Source: a virus (Duplodnaviria; Caudoviricetes). Taken from it: a DNA stretch of 30,548 nucleotides. Below the pieces are notes generated by a model. The model searched no databases. It was not told the DNA's origin and saw nothing but the letters and a program-made list of their open reading frames with translations. Positions 17,331 to 26,215 of this stretch are shown here, piece by piece. Each line of letters starts with the position of its first letter. Within the stretch, counting starts at the first letter, position 1. The stretch spans positions 1 to 30,548 of the IMG/VR virus record IMGVR_UViG_3300033067_000274, one strand, 5' to 3'. The translations under genes were made by a program, and so were the position numbers.

Positions 17331-18242
17331 TTACGCGCCGGGCGAACCGAACAGGGAGCGCCAGTCCGACCAGCCGACAGCAAAACGCACCGTGGCTTTC
17401 GCCTTGACGTTCTCGGTGTCGAAGTCGTTGTCCTTGCCGAACTCGGCCGCACGCCGCGTAAAGCGGATGAGGCCATTGCTAACGTCGGTCTTGATGAACC
17501 AGGCGTCCACGTCGGTCAGGTAGTGGTTGATGGTGATGCCGTCGGGGAACATCCCCATCGACTTCATGGCGTTGACGTCGTTGTTCGCCGTCCCGCTCTG
17601 CTTGGCGGACTTGACGATGCGCTCAGCATCGAACGCCAGCGTCGACGGGATGATCAGCTTGCGCGGCATCACCTGGATCTTCAAACCGCGCGAGTTGCGA
17701 GCTTGCATGATCTGGATGCACAGATCCTCGATCGCCGCCTCGGACAAGTCCGCCGCTACGGCGAGCTCATTCGACTGCGTGCCATTCACGGTCGGATGGT
17801 CGGTCGCGCACAATTCCTTGCCGTCACCGCCCGTGTACGTTCCCGTGAACGCCCGATTAAGGACGTTTGCGCCGACGATCTCCTCGGTCTGGCGCACGGA
17901 GTACGCCAGGGCCTTGGTGCGCCGCTTCGAGACGGCGACATACTGGTTGTCGTCCATCTCTTCTCGGGTCACGATGAACCCGTTCGCATAGACGACGTGG
18001 GTGTAGCGCTTGGTCGGACCACCGGTCTCGGTGTCGTAGTTGATTGCGCTGCCCTGCGCCTTGATCGGAGCGAGACCGAATCCGGTCACTTCCTGATCTT
18101 CCTCGTAGGCCTTGGAGGACTGCTCCTCGTCGAAGATGTCCTTCCACTCCTGGGAATGCTCCTTGTAGTCCCGGCCCCAGAAGGCATGCATCCCCGGCCA
18201 TAGGGCTTTGGGGATTGTACCGGTCGTGATTACGCCGCTCAT
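17331..18242 (-). CDS. Major capsid protein
   Basis: 303 aa; KALWPG..AFWG..Y, SSKAYEED.EVTGFGLAP.K.QG, VTREEMDDNQY, GGDGKELC...HP, NHYLTD.DAWFIKTD, FAVGWSDWR..FGSPGA; strong GGAG RBS. Confidence 0.92.
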   Translation of the reverse strand: MSGVITTGTIPKALWPGMHAFWGRDYKEHSQEWKDIFDEEQSSKAYEEDQEVTGFGLAPIKAQGSAINYDTETGGPTKRYTHVVYANGFIVTREEMDDNQYVAVSKRRTKALAYSVRQTEEIVGANVLNRAFTGTYTGGDGKELCATDHPTVNGTQSNELAVAADLSEAAIEDLCIQIMQARNSRGLKIQVMPRKLIIPSTLAFDAERIVKSAKQSGTANNDVNAMKSMGMFPDGITINHYLTDVDAWFIKTDVSNGLIRFTRRAAEFGKDNDFDTENVKAKATVRFAVGWSDWRSLFGSPGA

Positions 18243-18253
18243 GATGGGTCTCC

Positions 18254-18859
18254 TTACGCGCCAGCGGCGCCATCAACGAAGAAGTGATTGTTGAGGCGCA
18301 CAAGGAACTTGCCCCACTGCGATCCGAGCTCATTGTCCGGGCGCTGCGCGAACCCGACAATCACCACGTCCTCGGTGCCATCACCGGACGAAGTCGCCGT
18401 GTTCGAGTCGATCTCGATCGCCGACAGGCCCGTGCTCGCGCTGCCCGAGGTGAACCCGGTGAGGTCCGCCGACATCCACAAATTCGTGGCTGCCAGAGCA
18501 CCGCCTTCGCCATCCTCCTGCACCTCGAACAGCAGGTTCGGATCGTCTGCGACCCAAACGTAACGCTCGGTCGAGTTGACCCGGTAGTTGGTCGAGTCGC
18601 GACCATTGGCACCGGCACCGAGCAGGGGCTCGACACCGACGATGACGCCGATCACCGGATTGCCCGTCGCGACGTTGGCCGTCACGGAAGGCACGCCGTT
18701 TGCGTCGGCAGATCCTGCAGGCTTCACGAGCGCACCGAGATATCCGGCCGCGTTCGTGTCACTGGCAGGCATGTAGTAGAGATTGGCGGCCCCGTTATAG
18801 GGCGCACCGCTCACGTACCGCACCGGCTTGAGCCCGCGCGGCGTGTCGACATTCGCCAT
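18254..18859 (-). CDS. Capsid-associated structural protein (cement/decoration-like)
   Basis: MANVDTPRGLKPVR, V.DDPNLLFEVQED, G...TGLS..EID, VRLNNH motifs; immediately upstream of the capsid gene. Confidence 0.8.
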   Translation of the reverse strand: MANVDTPRGLKPVRYVSGAPYNGAANLYYMPASDTNAAGYLGALVKPAGSADANGVPSVTANVATGNPVIGVIVGVEPLLGAGANGRDSTNYRVNSTERYVWVADDPNLLFEVQEDGEGGALAATNLWMSADLTGFTSGSASTGLSAIEIDSNTATSSGDGTEDVVIVGFAQRPDNELGSQWGKFLVRLNNHFFVDGAAGA

Positions 18860-18880
18860 GTTGGTAGACTCCGAAAGGGA

Positions 18881-19372
18881 TCAGCCGCGCCGGCCGTCCT
18901 GGATGATGATGCCGCCGCTGGGGACGTAGCTGTTCGCCGGATCACTCTCCCGTATTCCTTGGGAGCTCCTGGTCTCGCCACGCTTCAATGCGGCGTCGGT
19001 GACATCGATGTCGGCTTGTTTCTTGGCCTCGTCGACGTCGTAATAATCCTTCAGCTTTCTCACGAGCATTGCGCGCTTGCCGTCGGACTTGCCGACGATG
19101 CGCTCCACGCCACTTCCGACACCCTTGTCTCTCTCGTTCCGGGCGCCGAGCTGATCACTCGTCACGATGTCCCAATCGTCGCGCACAGTGAGATTGTGCA
19201 CACGACCGGGATCGTCGTTGATCCACCGATACGCGTAACGGGGGTCGAGATCGCCATCGATGGCCAGATTTTTCTGGCGGCCGGAGGTGATGTCTTCCCG
19301 GCGGCGGCGGCGCGCGCGCTCTTCCTCAATGCGCGGCCGCGGCTTCTCAACGACGTTCGTGTTGGTGCTCAT
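18881..19372 (-). CDS. Head morphogenesis hypothetical protein (163 aa)
   Basis: YAYRWINDDPGRV......W motif; between scaffold and capsid genes. Confidence 0.75.
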   Translation of the reverse strand: MSTNTNVVEKPRPRIEEERARRRRREDITSGRQKNLAIDGDLDPRYAYRWINDDPGRVHNLTVRDDWDIVTSDQLGARNERDKGVGSGVERIVGKSDGKRAMLVRKLKDYYDVDEAKKQADIDVTDAALKRGETRSSQGIRESDPANSYVPSGGIIIQDGRRG

Positions 19373-19387
19373 GATTGGTCTCGTTCT

Positions 19388-20287
19388 TCAGGCGTTGTGG
19401 GTCCAGTAAGCCTTGGCGCCGTCGTCGCGGCTCTTGAAGGCGCCGGCCTTGACGAATTCATCAACGTCGCGCTTCGCTTCAGCCGGCAGATCCGCGTAAC
19501 CGCGCGTTCGCCTCCCGCCACCCGACGGCATGCCTGATCCGCCTTCAACGGCTGGAGGACCACCGCCGCCGGCGCGGCCGAACTTCTCGGGAAACCGCTC
19601 GCGAACGAGCTTGGATACCTCTGCAAAATTCTGGTCGACCGTGAGGCTAGGCTGCGTCCGCTGCAGATGCATGTGAACGGTCTGCGCGTATTGGTTCATG
19701 CCAGGATCGGTGGCGAACCACGGGTTTTCGACAACCCAGGCGTCGACCTTTGCCTGCACGTCCGGTGGCGGACCATTCTGACGTTGTGGCTGCGGCGGCT
19801 CGACGGCCTTGTGATATTGCTCGTCGAAATTCTGGATCGCCTGCTGCTGATCGCGATTGAGCTGCTGATACCTGGTGGTATCGCCCATCTCGACGGCCTG
19901 CATTTTCGCCGCATCGTACTGGGCGGAAAGGTTCGCGCGCTGCTGGGCAAGAGCGATGCGCGCCAGGTTTTCCTGGCGCTGCGTGCGCTCGTTAAACTCC
20001 CGCTCCTGCTTCTGCAGCTTGGTCTCGAGGTCTGTGAACCTGCGAGAGAGGTCGCGATTGCGCTCGCGAAGGACGGGAAGCTCCTCCTCGCCGCGGCGCA
20101 CGAACTCGTCGGCATCGACCCATTTCTCGGACGGACCACGGAAGCTGTCCTTGTCGACCCATCCCATGGCGCGGGCGCGGGTTTCATTCTCCGAGCGCTC
20201 CGGAGCGTGCTGTTCCGGCTGGCCCTCGCCGGGGATCGTGGTGCCGGGAGTGGCCTGCTCGATTGGCTGCTGTTGATTGTCGCTCAT
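19388..20287 (-). CDS. Scaffolding-like protein
   Basis: ARAMGW...FRG..EKWVDADEFV.RGE, long coiled coil, W..ENPWF..D, C-terminal DLPAEAK helix; between portal and capsid. Confidence 0.8.
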   Translation of the reverse strand: MSDNQQQPIEQATPGTTIPGEGQPEQHAPERSENETRARAMGWVDKDSFRGPSEKWVDADEFVRRGEEELPVLRERNRDLSRRFTDLETKLQKQEREFNERTQRQENLARIALAQQRANLSAQYDAAKMQAVEMGDTTRYQQLNRDQQQAIQNFDEQYHKAVEPPQPQRQNGPPPDVQAKVDAWVVENPWFATDPGMNQYAQTVHMHLQRTQPSLTVDQNFAEVSKLVRERFPEKFGRAGGGGPPAVEGGSGMPSGGGRRTRGYADLPAEAKRDVDEFVKAGAFKSRDDGAKAYWTHNA

Positions 20288-20715
20288 GCTGACCTCCGCA
20301 CGGCAACGATGTCCTTGTCATTCATGATGCGGTACTCGACGCCATCGTTCCCCTTCTGGGTGATGCCGGAGTACCTGGCAAACACGACGGTATCGCCGAT
20401 CTTTGGCTTCGGCGCGCCGACGGGCCACTCCTCATAGGAGAACGCGAACGGGCTCATGCCGCAGATTTTGCCTTCCATGGCGGCGTGCTGGTCTTTCTCG
20501 ATGACCTGCTCGGGGAGAACGATTCCGCCTGCGGTTTTCGTGACCGCCTTCACCGGCTCGACAAGCACCTTGTATTCGAGGCATTCGATGCCGTGGCCGA
20601 AGACCTGCTTCAGGTCGGCCTCCATCTCGGAGTTTAGACGTTTCACAACGTCCGTGTTGTCGATGATCACCATCTTGTCTGGCGGGATCGCCTGCACGTC
20701 ACGTTTCGTTTTCAT
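20284..20715 (-). CDS. groES: Phage co-chaperonin, GroES-like
   Basis: KVLVEP, mobile loop KTAGGIVLP, KIGDTVVFARYSG, EYRIMNDKDIVAV. Confidence 0.88.
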   Translation of the reverse strand: MKTKRDVQAIPPDKMVIIDNTDVVKRLNSEMEADLKQVFGHGIECLEYKVLVEPVKAVTKTAGGIVLPEQVIEKDQHAAMEGKICGMSPFAFSYEEWPVGAPKPKIGDTVVFARYSGITQKGNDGVEYRIMNDKDIVAVRRSA

Positions 20716-20944
20716 GGCTCAATGCATCCTCGATTTTCTCTGCCGTGATGTTCTGCATGTCTTTCAGAACCTCGGCCTGTCCTTTCAAACGCCACAAGTC
20801 TTTGGTCTCGTTGACTCCCGATTCCCATGACGCATGTACCCAGAGCCCTTTTGCTTCCTCGGCCCAGACGCCACAGCACTTCATCAATGCCTCAGTGATC
20901 GGATGGCCTTTCCAGGCCTCGAAATCGTCCGCGTCGATTTTCAT
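20699..20944 (-). CDS. Hypothetical protein after portal (81 aa)
   Basis: DFEAWKGHPITEA motif; ATGA coupling to portal. Confidence 0.75.
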   Translation of the reverse strand: MKIDADDFEAWKGHPITEALMKCCGVWAEEAKGLWVHASWESGVNETKDLWRLKGQAEVLKDMQNITAEKIEDALSHENET

Positions 20945-23031
20945 TCAGCCGCCGTGCTGGTTTCTGCTTTCGCCTTGGCCTGCGCTTTTGCGGCCTCGTG
21001 TTCCATCCTGATCGTTTCCTCGCGGAGCTGGAGCTCGCGCCAACGCTGGTCGAGTTGGTCCGACTGCAATTGCAGCGCCCGCATCTGCTCGATGTGCTTG
21101 GCCTCGGCCTCGGCTTGCTTCATCGCGAAGTCGCGCTGCTGGGCCTCGTAGTTCATCTGCATCGTGGCGGCCTGCTCCTGCAGCTTCATCTGCGAGGATT
21201 GCGCCTGCTGCTCCAAGGCCTGCTGCGCCGCCTGCACCTTCGCTTCCTGTTCGGCGATCTTTGCCTGCGCCATAAGCTCGTCCGGGCTCGGCGGCTGCGG
21301 TGTGCCTGGCGGTGGCGGCGGGATCAGCACCTCTTCCGGCTTCTCGACTCGTGCGGCTTCAAACGCGCGCTTCGTCGCCATGAACAGGTTGACGTGCGGA
21401 TTTCCGGCCTTGCCTTCCTCCATCACGAACTGCGCTTTGGACATGCGCTGCATGTCAGTCACCGAGTTCGGATCGGCTACCGGCATGATGTCCAGGCTGC
21501 CCATGTAGTCCTGACCAGCGACCTGCACGGGCTCGTCCAGAAGCGCGACATACCGCGGCATCTGGTTCTGCATCTGCCGCTTGTTGATCTCGAAGATCAG
21601 CCGGAACTCATCCTTCATTGCGCGGAATATGCGCTTGTAGATCGCAGTGAAGACCTTCAACCCCTGCTCGATCATGGCCATGGTCGTCGTGGCCGTCTGA
21701 TTTCGGGGCATGTCGCCAACGAGAATGTCTTGCACCGAGGCAACGTCCTTGCCGGCCTCGATCATCATGCCGAGAAGCTCGAACAGCGTCTTTGACGGCC
21801 CGGGATGCTCAAGATTGACGATGCCCTGGCGAAGATCTGGCCCCGCGGTTTGCACCGTGCGATACTCACCGGGCTTGAGCGTCATCACGCTCTTGCCCTT
21901 ACCAAGTGAAATTCCCGCTCCGATAAACCCGCCACCGGAGTTCTGCAGCGTGCCGGCATCCATCATCTGGTTGATGGTGGTATCGATCACGTCAGACAAC
22001 GGCTCGAGCAAATGCCCAAAGCCGACGTCGTAGAACCCGCCATCCGGATCAGGGACGAACGGGATCTTGACGAAATAGCCCCGCTTCGGGATCCGGATCA
22101 GTGATCCAGTACGTTCGTTAGTGACGATCTGATCGGCATCGAAGCAGGCAGCGATGCGAAGCACCTTCTCGGTCTTCTCGTGAACCGTGACAATCCAGGG
22201 CTCTGGAACGCCGTCATCGTCGAGGTCGAGATAGCGATGCTGTTCAAGGATCGTGTGCGGCGCGTCATCGTCTTCGGTCGCTGCGCCGTCGGCCTGGCCC
22301 TTGATGTCGATCGGGCTGTATCGACCTTCGCGCTGGCGCTCTGCGATCTCGTGAGGATAAAGCGTGAAAACGTGCGTCGCGCGAGGAACTGAGGTGAGTG
22401 ATTTCGTCTTTTGGTTCACGACGAAATCGAACGCGCTCACCAGATCATCACAGAACCCGGCCTCCTTGCTTGTATCCTCGTAGACCTTGCGGAATGCACA
22501 GCCCACGATTGGGATCTGATGAAGCGCAGTGTCGACGCTCGCTTCCCAGCCATCCACCTCGTAGAGAAGCTGGTAGCTCATGTGCTGGGACACGCGGTCG
22601 CCAGATGCGGCCTTCACACCATCTGGATCAGCGCCGAGCACTTGGCATTTGACTATGCGAGGCCCGTCGCAGATGGCGGGATAGGCGCGCGCAGCGAATT
22701 GCAGGGACGCCGTCGTCAGCAAAGGATATTTGACGTTGCTGGCCTTGGGCCACGGGAAGCTTTTCTCGTCCTTCTTCTGGCGGGCAAGGTCCATGGCCCG
22801 TTTGGCGCGGTCTTCCCAATCCTTCCGGCTGTCCTTGTCGACCTGATACTCACGAACGACCTTAGGTCCAATCTTGTTGAGCTCAACTTCGTTCAGTTCG
22901 TCCGCGACATTGACCATGTTGGCCATCTCGCGCAGACGCTCGATGCGCGTCTGCATCGCGATGATGTGCGGTGGCGGAGGAGGAGGCGGAACCGGAAAGT
23001 TCAGAACCTCGGCCGATGGCTCAGCGATCAT
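20941..23031 (-). CDS. Portal protein
   Basis: 696 aa; DKDSRKDW, FPWPKASNVKYPLL..A..QF.ARAYP, GCAFRKVY, DLDDDGVPEPWIVT, GGFY..GFG.LL, INQMMDAGTLQN, TATTTMAMIEQGLKVFTAIYKR; Gln-rich C-terminal coiled coil. Confidence 0.93.
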   Translation of the reverse strand: MIAEPSAEVLNFPVPPPPPPPHIIAMQTRIERLREMANMVNVADELNEVELNKIGPKVVREYQVDKDSRKDWEDRAKRAMDLARQKKDEKSFPWPKASNVKYPLLTTASLQFAARAYPAICDGPRIVKCQVLGADPDGVKAASGDRVSQHMSYQLLYEVDGWEASVDTALHQIPIVGCAFRKVYEDTSKEAGFCDDLVSAFDFVVNQKTKSLTSVPRATHVFTLYPHEIAERQREGRYSPIDIKGQADGAATEDDDAPHTILEQHRYLDLDDDGVPEPWIVTVHEKTEKVLRIAACFDADQIVTNERTGSLIRIPKRGYFVKIPFVPDPDGGFYDVGFGHLLEPLSDVIDTTINQMMDAGTLQNSGGGFIGAGISLGKGKSVMTLKPGEYRTVQTAGPDLRQGIVNLEHPGPSKTLFELLGMMIEAGKDVASVQDILVGDMPRNQTATTTMAMIEQGLKVFTAIYKRIFRAMKDEFRLIFEINKRQMQNQMPRYVALLDEPVQVAGQDYMGSLDIMPVADPNSVTDMQRMSKAQFVMEEGKAGNPHVNLFMATKRAFEAARVEKPEEVLIPPPPPGTPQPPSPDELMAQAKIAEQEAKVQAAQQALEQQAQSSQMKLQEQAATMQMNYEAQQRDFAMKQAEAEAKHIEQMRALQLQSDQLDQRWRELQLREETIRMEHEAAKAQAKAKAETSTAAE

Positions 23032-23775
23032 CTAGTAGCCCGTGCTCGCGTTGCCGTGGCGGCGCTCTTCCGTCCACTCGTCATCGAGGTCAGGCATGTA
23101 ACGCGCCATGCGCATGCCGCTCATGATGAGGTAGCGGGTTGCGTCCATGAGATGGTCGTTCTCCTTCACAATCTTGCCGTTCTCGTCGCGTCGATAGATG
23201 CGGAACTCGGATGTCCAATTGCGCAGCGTGCGAAAGACCTTGAGCCGACCGGAAACGAGGCGCTGATAGCAGGCGTGGATTCCAGCCTCGACGGCGTTGT
23301 CTGCATCGATCAGATTGAGATCGAGCTTGGTGTATTCCTCGCGGAGCTTGCGGCCGTCCGTCTGTCCAGACCCAACAGAAGCGGGATCGATCGCGCCCCA
23401 GATCCACGAACCACGCTGCTTGATCGAAGAGGCGTGCACCGCGGGCGCGGCCTGTCCCATGTAGTGCTCGGAATAAAGGTACACGACATCGCTATCGCGA
23501 TCCCAAGCCCCCCAGATCGCCGCCGTCCTGTTCCACCCAACATCGAGGCCGTACGCTCTCGGCCAGAAATCCGGCAGTTCGAACGGATCGCAGAGCACTG
23601 CCTCTTCCGGAACGGGATAGATCGCGCCTGCGCCCAGAACAGGAATGCCCCTGGTGCGAGCGTCCCGCATGTGGGGCTCCATGGCCCCGAGCAATTCCTG
23701 CTTGGTCTTGGCCGAGAGATGAGGGACATCGTCCCAGGTAGCCTGCACGCAGATGCGAGAAATGGATTTGCCCGT
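23032..23775 (-). CDS. terL: Terminase large subunit, C-terminal (lid + RNase H-like nuclease) part; true start unresolved
   Basis: ATWDDVPHL, ARTRGIPVLGAGAIYP, YGLDVGWNRTAA, NDHLMDATRY; frame open from 23820; first GTG at 23748 has no SD. Confidence 0.9.
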   Translation of the reverse strand, partial: TGKSISRICVQATWDDVPHLSAKTKQELLGAMEPHMRDARTRGIPVLGAGAIYPVPEEAVLCDPFELPDFWPRAYGLDVGWNRTAAIWGAWDRDSDVVYLYSEHYMGQAAPAVHASSIKQRGSWIWGAIDPASVGSGQTDGRKLREEYTKLDLNLIDADNAVEAGIHACYQRLVSGRLKVFRTLRNWTSEFRIYRRDENGKIVKENDHLMDATRYLIMSGMRMARYMPDLDDEWTEERRHGNASTGY

Positions 23776-23794
23776 TTGCTGCTGAGTGAAAAGT

Positions 23795-23821
23795 GTCGAC
23801 CCCGTAAATTTCGAGACCGAC
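23795..23821 (-). other. RNA hairpin inside the terL coding gap
   Basis: Minus strand GTCGGTCTCG-AAATTTA-CGGGGTCGAC, 10 bp with three G-U pairs, followed by ACTTTTC. Confidence 0.65.
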
Positions 23822-23833
23822 TAGGATGCGATT

Positions 23834-24583
23834 CTATTGCGGTGCCAGTTCAGGCAGGAATTTGAGTGCAACTTTGCTAAGACCCAACAGCGGCGTGAAC
23901 GTGCAGAGCATCAGTCCGTTGTCTTCACCCGGCACAGTCGCCGTCAAACGCAGCATCGCCTCTTCGTAGACATCGACGGGCGGCTCCTCATCGAGCCAGA
24001 CGATATGCTTGCGGGTGCCCTGGAACGTGCGCCGGCCCTGATCGTAGGACTTGAAGCCGAGAACGCTGATGCCGCCGGACTGATGCTTCACCGCGACTGT
24101 ATCGATACCGCCAGGAACGCCCTGCATTGGCGTTGGCTTTCCTGCGATGTCATCACCTGGGATCAGGCCCGTTCCTAATTCTCCGGAGCCAGCATCACCA
24201 CCGACGCCCAGCAAGGCTACCTGCACGATGTCCCGCGTTGTCGTTCTCGTGTCGCCGGCCACCCAGGCCGAGATAGGCTGATCGAAGCGCCGACCGTCCC
24301 ACCATTCTGGATATCGACCGGTCAGATGCAGGGCCGTCTCATATCCGCCGACGCCCCAGGTCTTGCCCACGCGGTTTGCAGCCATCATGCAGCGCTCCAT
24401 GTGCTCGGAGCCTGCTGCGAAGAACTGCATGTGCTTGGCGTAAAGCTCCCGGCGGAGCGGGCCTTCGTCCGGATAAAGGTCGAAGAGCTTACGCCGTTTC
24501 TTCCTGCGTTCCTTCTCCTCGAGCAGCGACAGCAGCTCCCGCTTTTCCGAGGAGGTGAGCGAGGCGAGATTCAAGCTGGTCAT
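23834..24583 (-). CDS. terL: Terminase large subunit, N-terminal ATPase part
   Basis: Walker A MAANRVGKT, FKSYDQGR..FQG, Walker B IVWLDEE, coupling motif TFTP; P22 gp2-like; start taken at MTSLNL, overlapping the terS 3' end. Confidence 0.92.
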   Translation of the reverse strand: MTSLNLASLTSSEKRELLSLLEEKERRKKRRKLFDLYPDEGPLRRELYAKHMQFFAAGSEHMERCMMAANRVGKTWGVGGYETALHLTGRYPEWWDGRRFDQPISAWVAGDTRTTTRDIVQVALLGVGGDAGSGELGTGLIPGDDIAGKPTPMQGVPGGIDTVAVKHQSGGISVLGFKSYDQGRRTFQGTRKHIVWLDEEPPVDVYEEAMLRLTATVPGEDNGLMLCTFTPLLGLSKVALKFLPELAPQ

Positions 24584-24977
24584 CTGAAATGCGGATACCG
24601 ATGTCTGCGTCGAGGTTGATGCGCTCACCATACACCTTGGGCTTCAGCTTGCCGGCCTTCCACTTCCTAGCGTCGACGCGAAGGCGTGCGAGATTGGCAT
24701 CCGTAGCGCTGTCCGCGATCTCGATGATCTCCTCGGCGAGAAAGTCGGCCTGCTCTTCGCGTGCGCGCGCGTATTTCTCCTCGAACTCGGTGTCATCTGC
24801 CCGCCATCCCATGATGGTGGAATAGGCCGGCATGTCTTTGCCTTTGCAGATAGAGACGAGCGAACGGCCCATGGCGATCTGCTGACAGATGTGAGCCTGG
24901 GCCTCTGCCTTCTTCTCGGGTGTCCAAGTCGGGGGCCTTCCGCCTGGGTGCTTCTCTACGGGTTCGTCGAACGCCAT
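24489..24977 (-). CDS. terS: Terminase small subunit
   Basis: GGRPP.W, ICQQIAMGRSLVSIC...MP..STI..W, YARARE.QAD..AEEIIEIAD, ARLRVDARKW...KL.PKVYG (Sf6 gp1-like); start taken at MAFDEP. Confidence 0.9.
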   Translation of the reverse strand: MAFDEPVEKHPGGRPPTWTPEKKAEAQAHICQQIAMGRSLVSICKGKDMPAYSTIMGWRADDTEFEEKYARAREEQADFLAEEIIEIADSATDANLARLRVDARKWKAGKLKPKVYGERINLDADIGIRISDDQLESRLAHLLGKAGAAVAARGEGTQEETA

Positions 24978-25017
24978 TGTTTCACAGGTTGTTTCACGTG
25001 GATCGTGTGATGTCACA
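24978..25017. repeat. Repeat cluster upstream of terS: TGTTTCAC twice (24978-24985, 24990-24997) and inverted repeat TGTGA-TG-TCACA (25006-25017)
   Basis: Read directly from the 43-nt intergenic region. Confidence 0.7.
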
Positions 25018-25020
25018 GTG

Positions 25021-25977
25021 TTACGCGCGATTAGCGAACACTGACGGCGCAATGTACATTTCGGCTGTCAGTGGGTTTCTATCGCCGGCCTGCATTTTGG
25101 GCTGTAGTGCCGTCGTGAAGTTGACGACGTTGGTCGTGTCATCAGACTTGAACTCGATCCCCCGGATGAGGAAGCCGAGATCCGTCCCCCACCATCCACC
25201 GATCATGAGGACCAGGGCGAGCAGGACGGGGGCAAGCTTGGCGAGCATGTTGCTGTCGGCATGGATGCCCATGAGGCCAAACACGGTTGACGCTGCCGCC
25301 GCTTGCGGATCGGATTCGGCCGCTACCGATGCAGACGCATGAGCGTTGGCGTCCATCATCCGGGCAATGCGGGCGTCGAGGGATTCCTTACGCTTTGCCG
25401 CAGCAAGCTCGCCTTCCATGGCCTTGATGCGCGAGCAGGTTGGGGACCGCTCGGGCTGAGCACAGTTATTGCTCATCTCCATGGCTCGAGGATTGCGAGC
25501 CTTGAGCTGATCGATAGCGCCCTGAACCTGACCGGCTGGGCGGGCCTTGATGGCATCGCGCTCGGCTTGGAGCTTGGGCAGTTCGGACGCATTGGCCGAA
25601 TAGGTCTGCTTCTCATGCACGCGCGCCGCAACGCTGTCGCCGCGGTTGGTGCTGATGTGGCCCATGGCGGACCAGACTTCCCAGGCCGCCAGAAGGATGA
25701 TGAGGGTTCCAGCCTTACGCTTGGCGCCGATCTGCTCCTCGGAGGAGAGGAAGCGCTTGCCGATGGCCAGGAGCGCCAACAGGGCTGCTATCGCAACACC
25801 CGCCATGCTCATGACGTGCTTGGCTGTTTCGTCGGTAGCCATCGAGGCATTGAACTTGGCGTTGAAGTACGCCGAAGCGCCGAACAGGCACAGCGATGCC
25901 AGGATGATCCCCTCGCCGAACCAGTGCCGAGCGGGGCGATTGGCGGCCCATTGCGACCAGGTTTGTCTTTTCTGCAT
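25021..25977 (-). CDS. Multi-pass membrane protein with coiled-coil extracytoplasmic domain (318 aa)
   Basis: Three N-terminal hydrophobic helices, coiled coil with a Cys pair (CAQPERSPTC), one C-terminal TM; GAAGGGG RBS. Confidence 0.8.
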   Translation of the reverse strand: MQKRQTWSQWAANRPARHWFGEGIILASLCLFGASAYFNAKFNASMATDETAKHVMSMAGVAIAALLALLAIGKRFLSSEEQIGAKRKAGTLIILLAAWEVWSAMGHISTNRGDSVAARVHEKQTYSANASELPKLQAERDAIKARPAGQVQGAIDQLKARNPRAMEMSNNCAQPERSPTCSRIKAMEGELAAAKRKESLDARIARMMDANAHASASVAAESDPQAAAASTVFGLMGIHADSNMLAKLAPVLLALVLMIGGWWGTDLGFLIRGIEFKSDDTTNVVNFTTALQPKMQAGDRNPLTAEMYIAPSVFANRA

Positions 25978-26028
25978 GGTGCTTCCCCTTCAATTTGAGG
26001 GAACGCATACGGGTTCTGGTTCGGTCGG

Positions 26029-26214
26029 CTATTTGCTGAGGCAGTAGTATGTGATCGCGAAGCATGCAGCGACCTCTGCGGCCGTCTTGGCGTCGACGTT
26101 GAAGCCGGATCCGAAGATCTTCCAAATGGCGAAGCCACCAAGGGCCAGGGCCATCACGGCGAGCAGGGCTCTGACGATGCCGAGAAGCTGCGAGAGCAGT
26201 TGATCTGCGGTCAT
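26029..26214 (-). CDS. Small two-TM membrane protein (holin-sized)
   Basis: 61 aa with two hydrophobic segments; starts 1 nt after the upstream stop. Confidence 0.7.
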   Translation of the reverse strand: MTADQLLSQLLGIVRALLAVMALALGGFAIWKIFGSGFNVDAKTAAEVAACFAITYYCLSK

Positions 26215-26215
26215 G

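Noticed and set aside
23776-23836. terL gap as a simple frameshift, readthrough, single sequencing error or self-splicing intron
   Set aside because: Both relevant frames contain a TAG, so one event cannot join them; 61 nt is too short for a group I/II intron.
22411-23865. 484-aa plus-strand ORF and other long antisense ORFs (18284-19537, 13180-14187, 6783-7766, 9011-9946, 17322-18203)
   Set aside because: Shadows of well-supported minus-strand genes in GC-rich DNA; no recognisable motifs.
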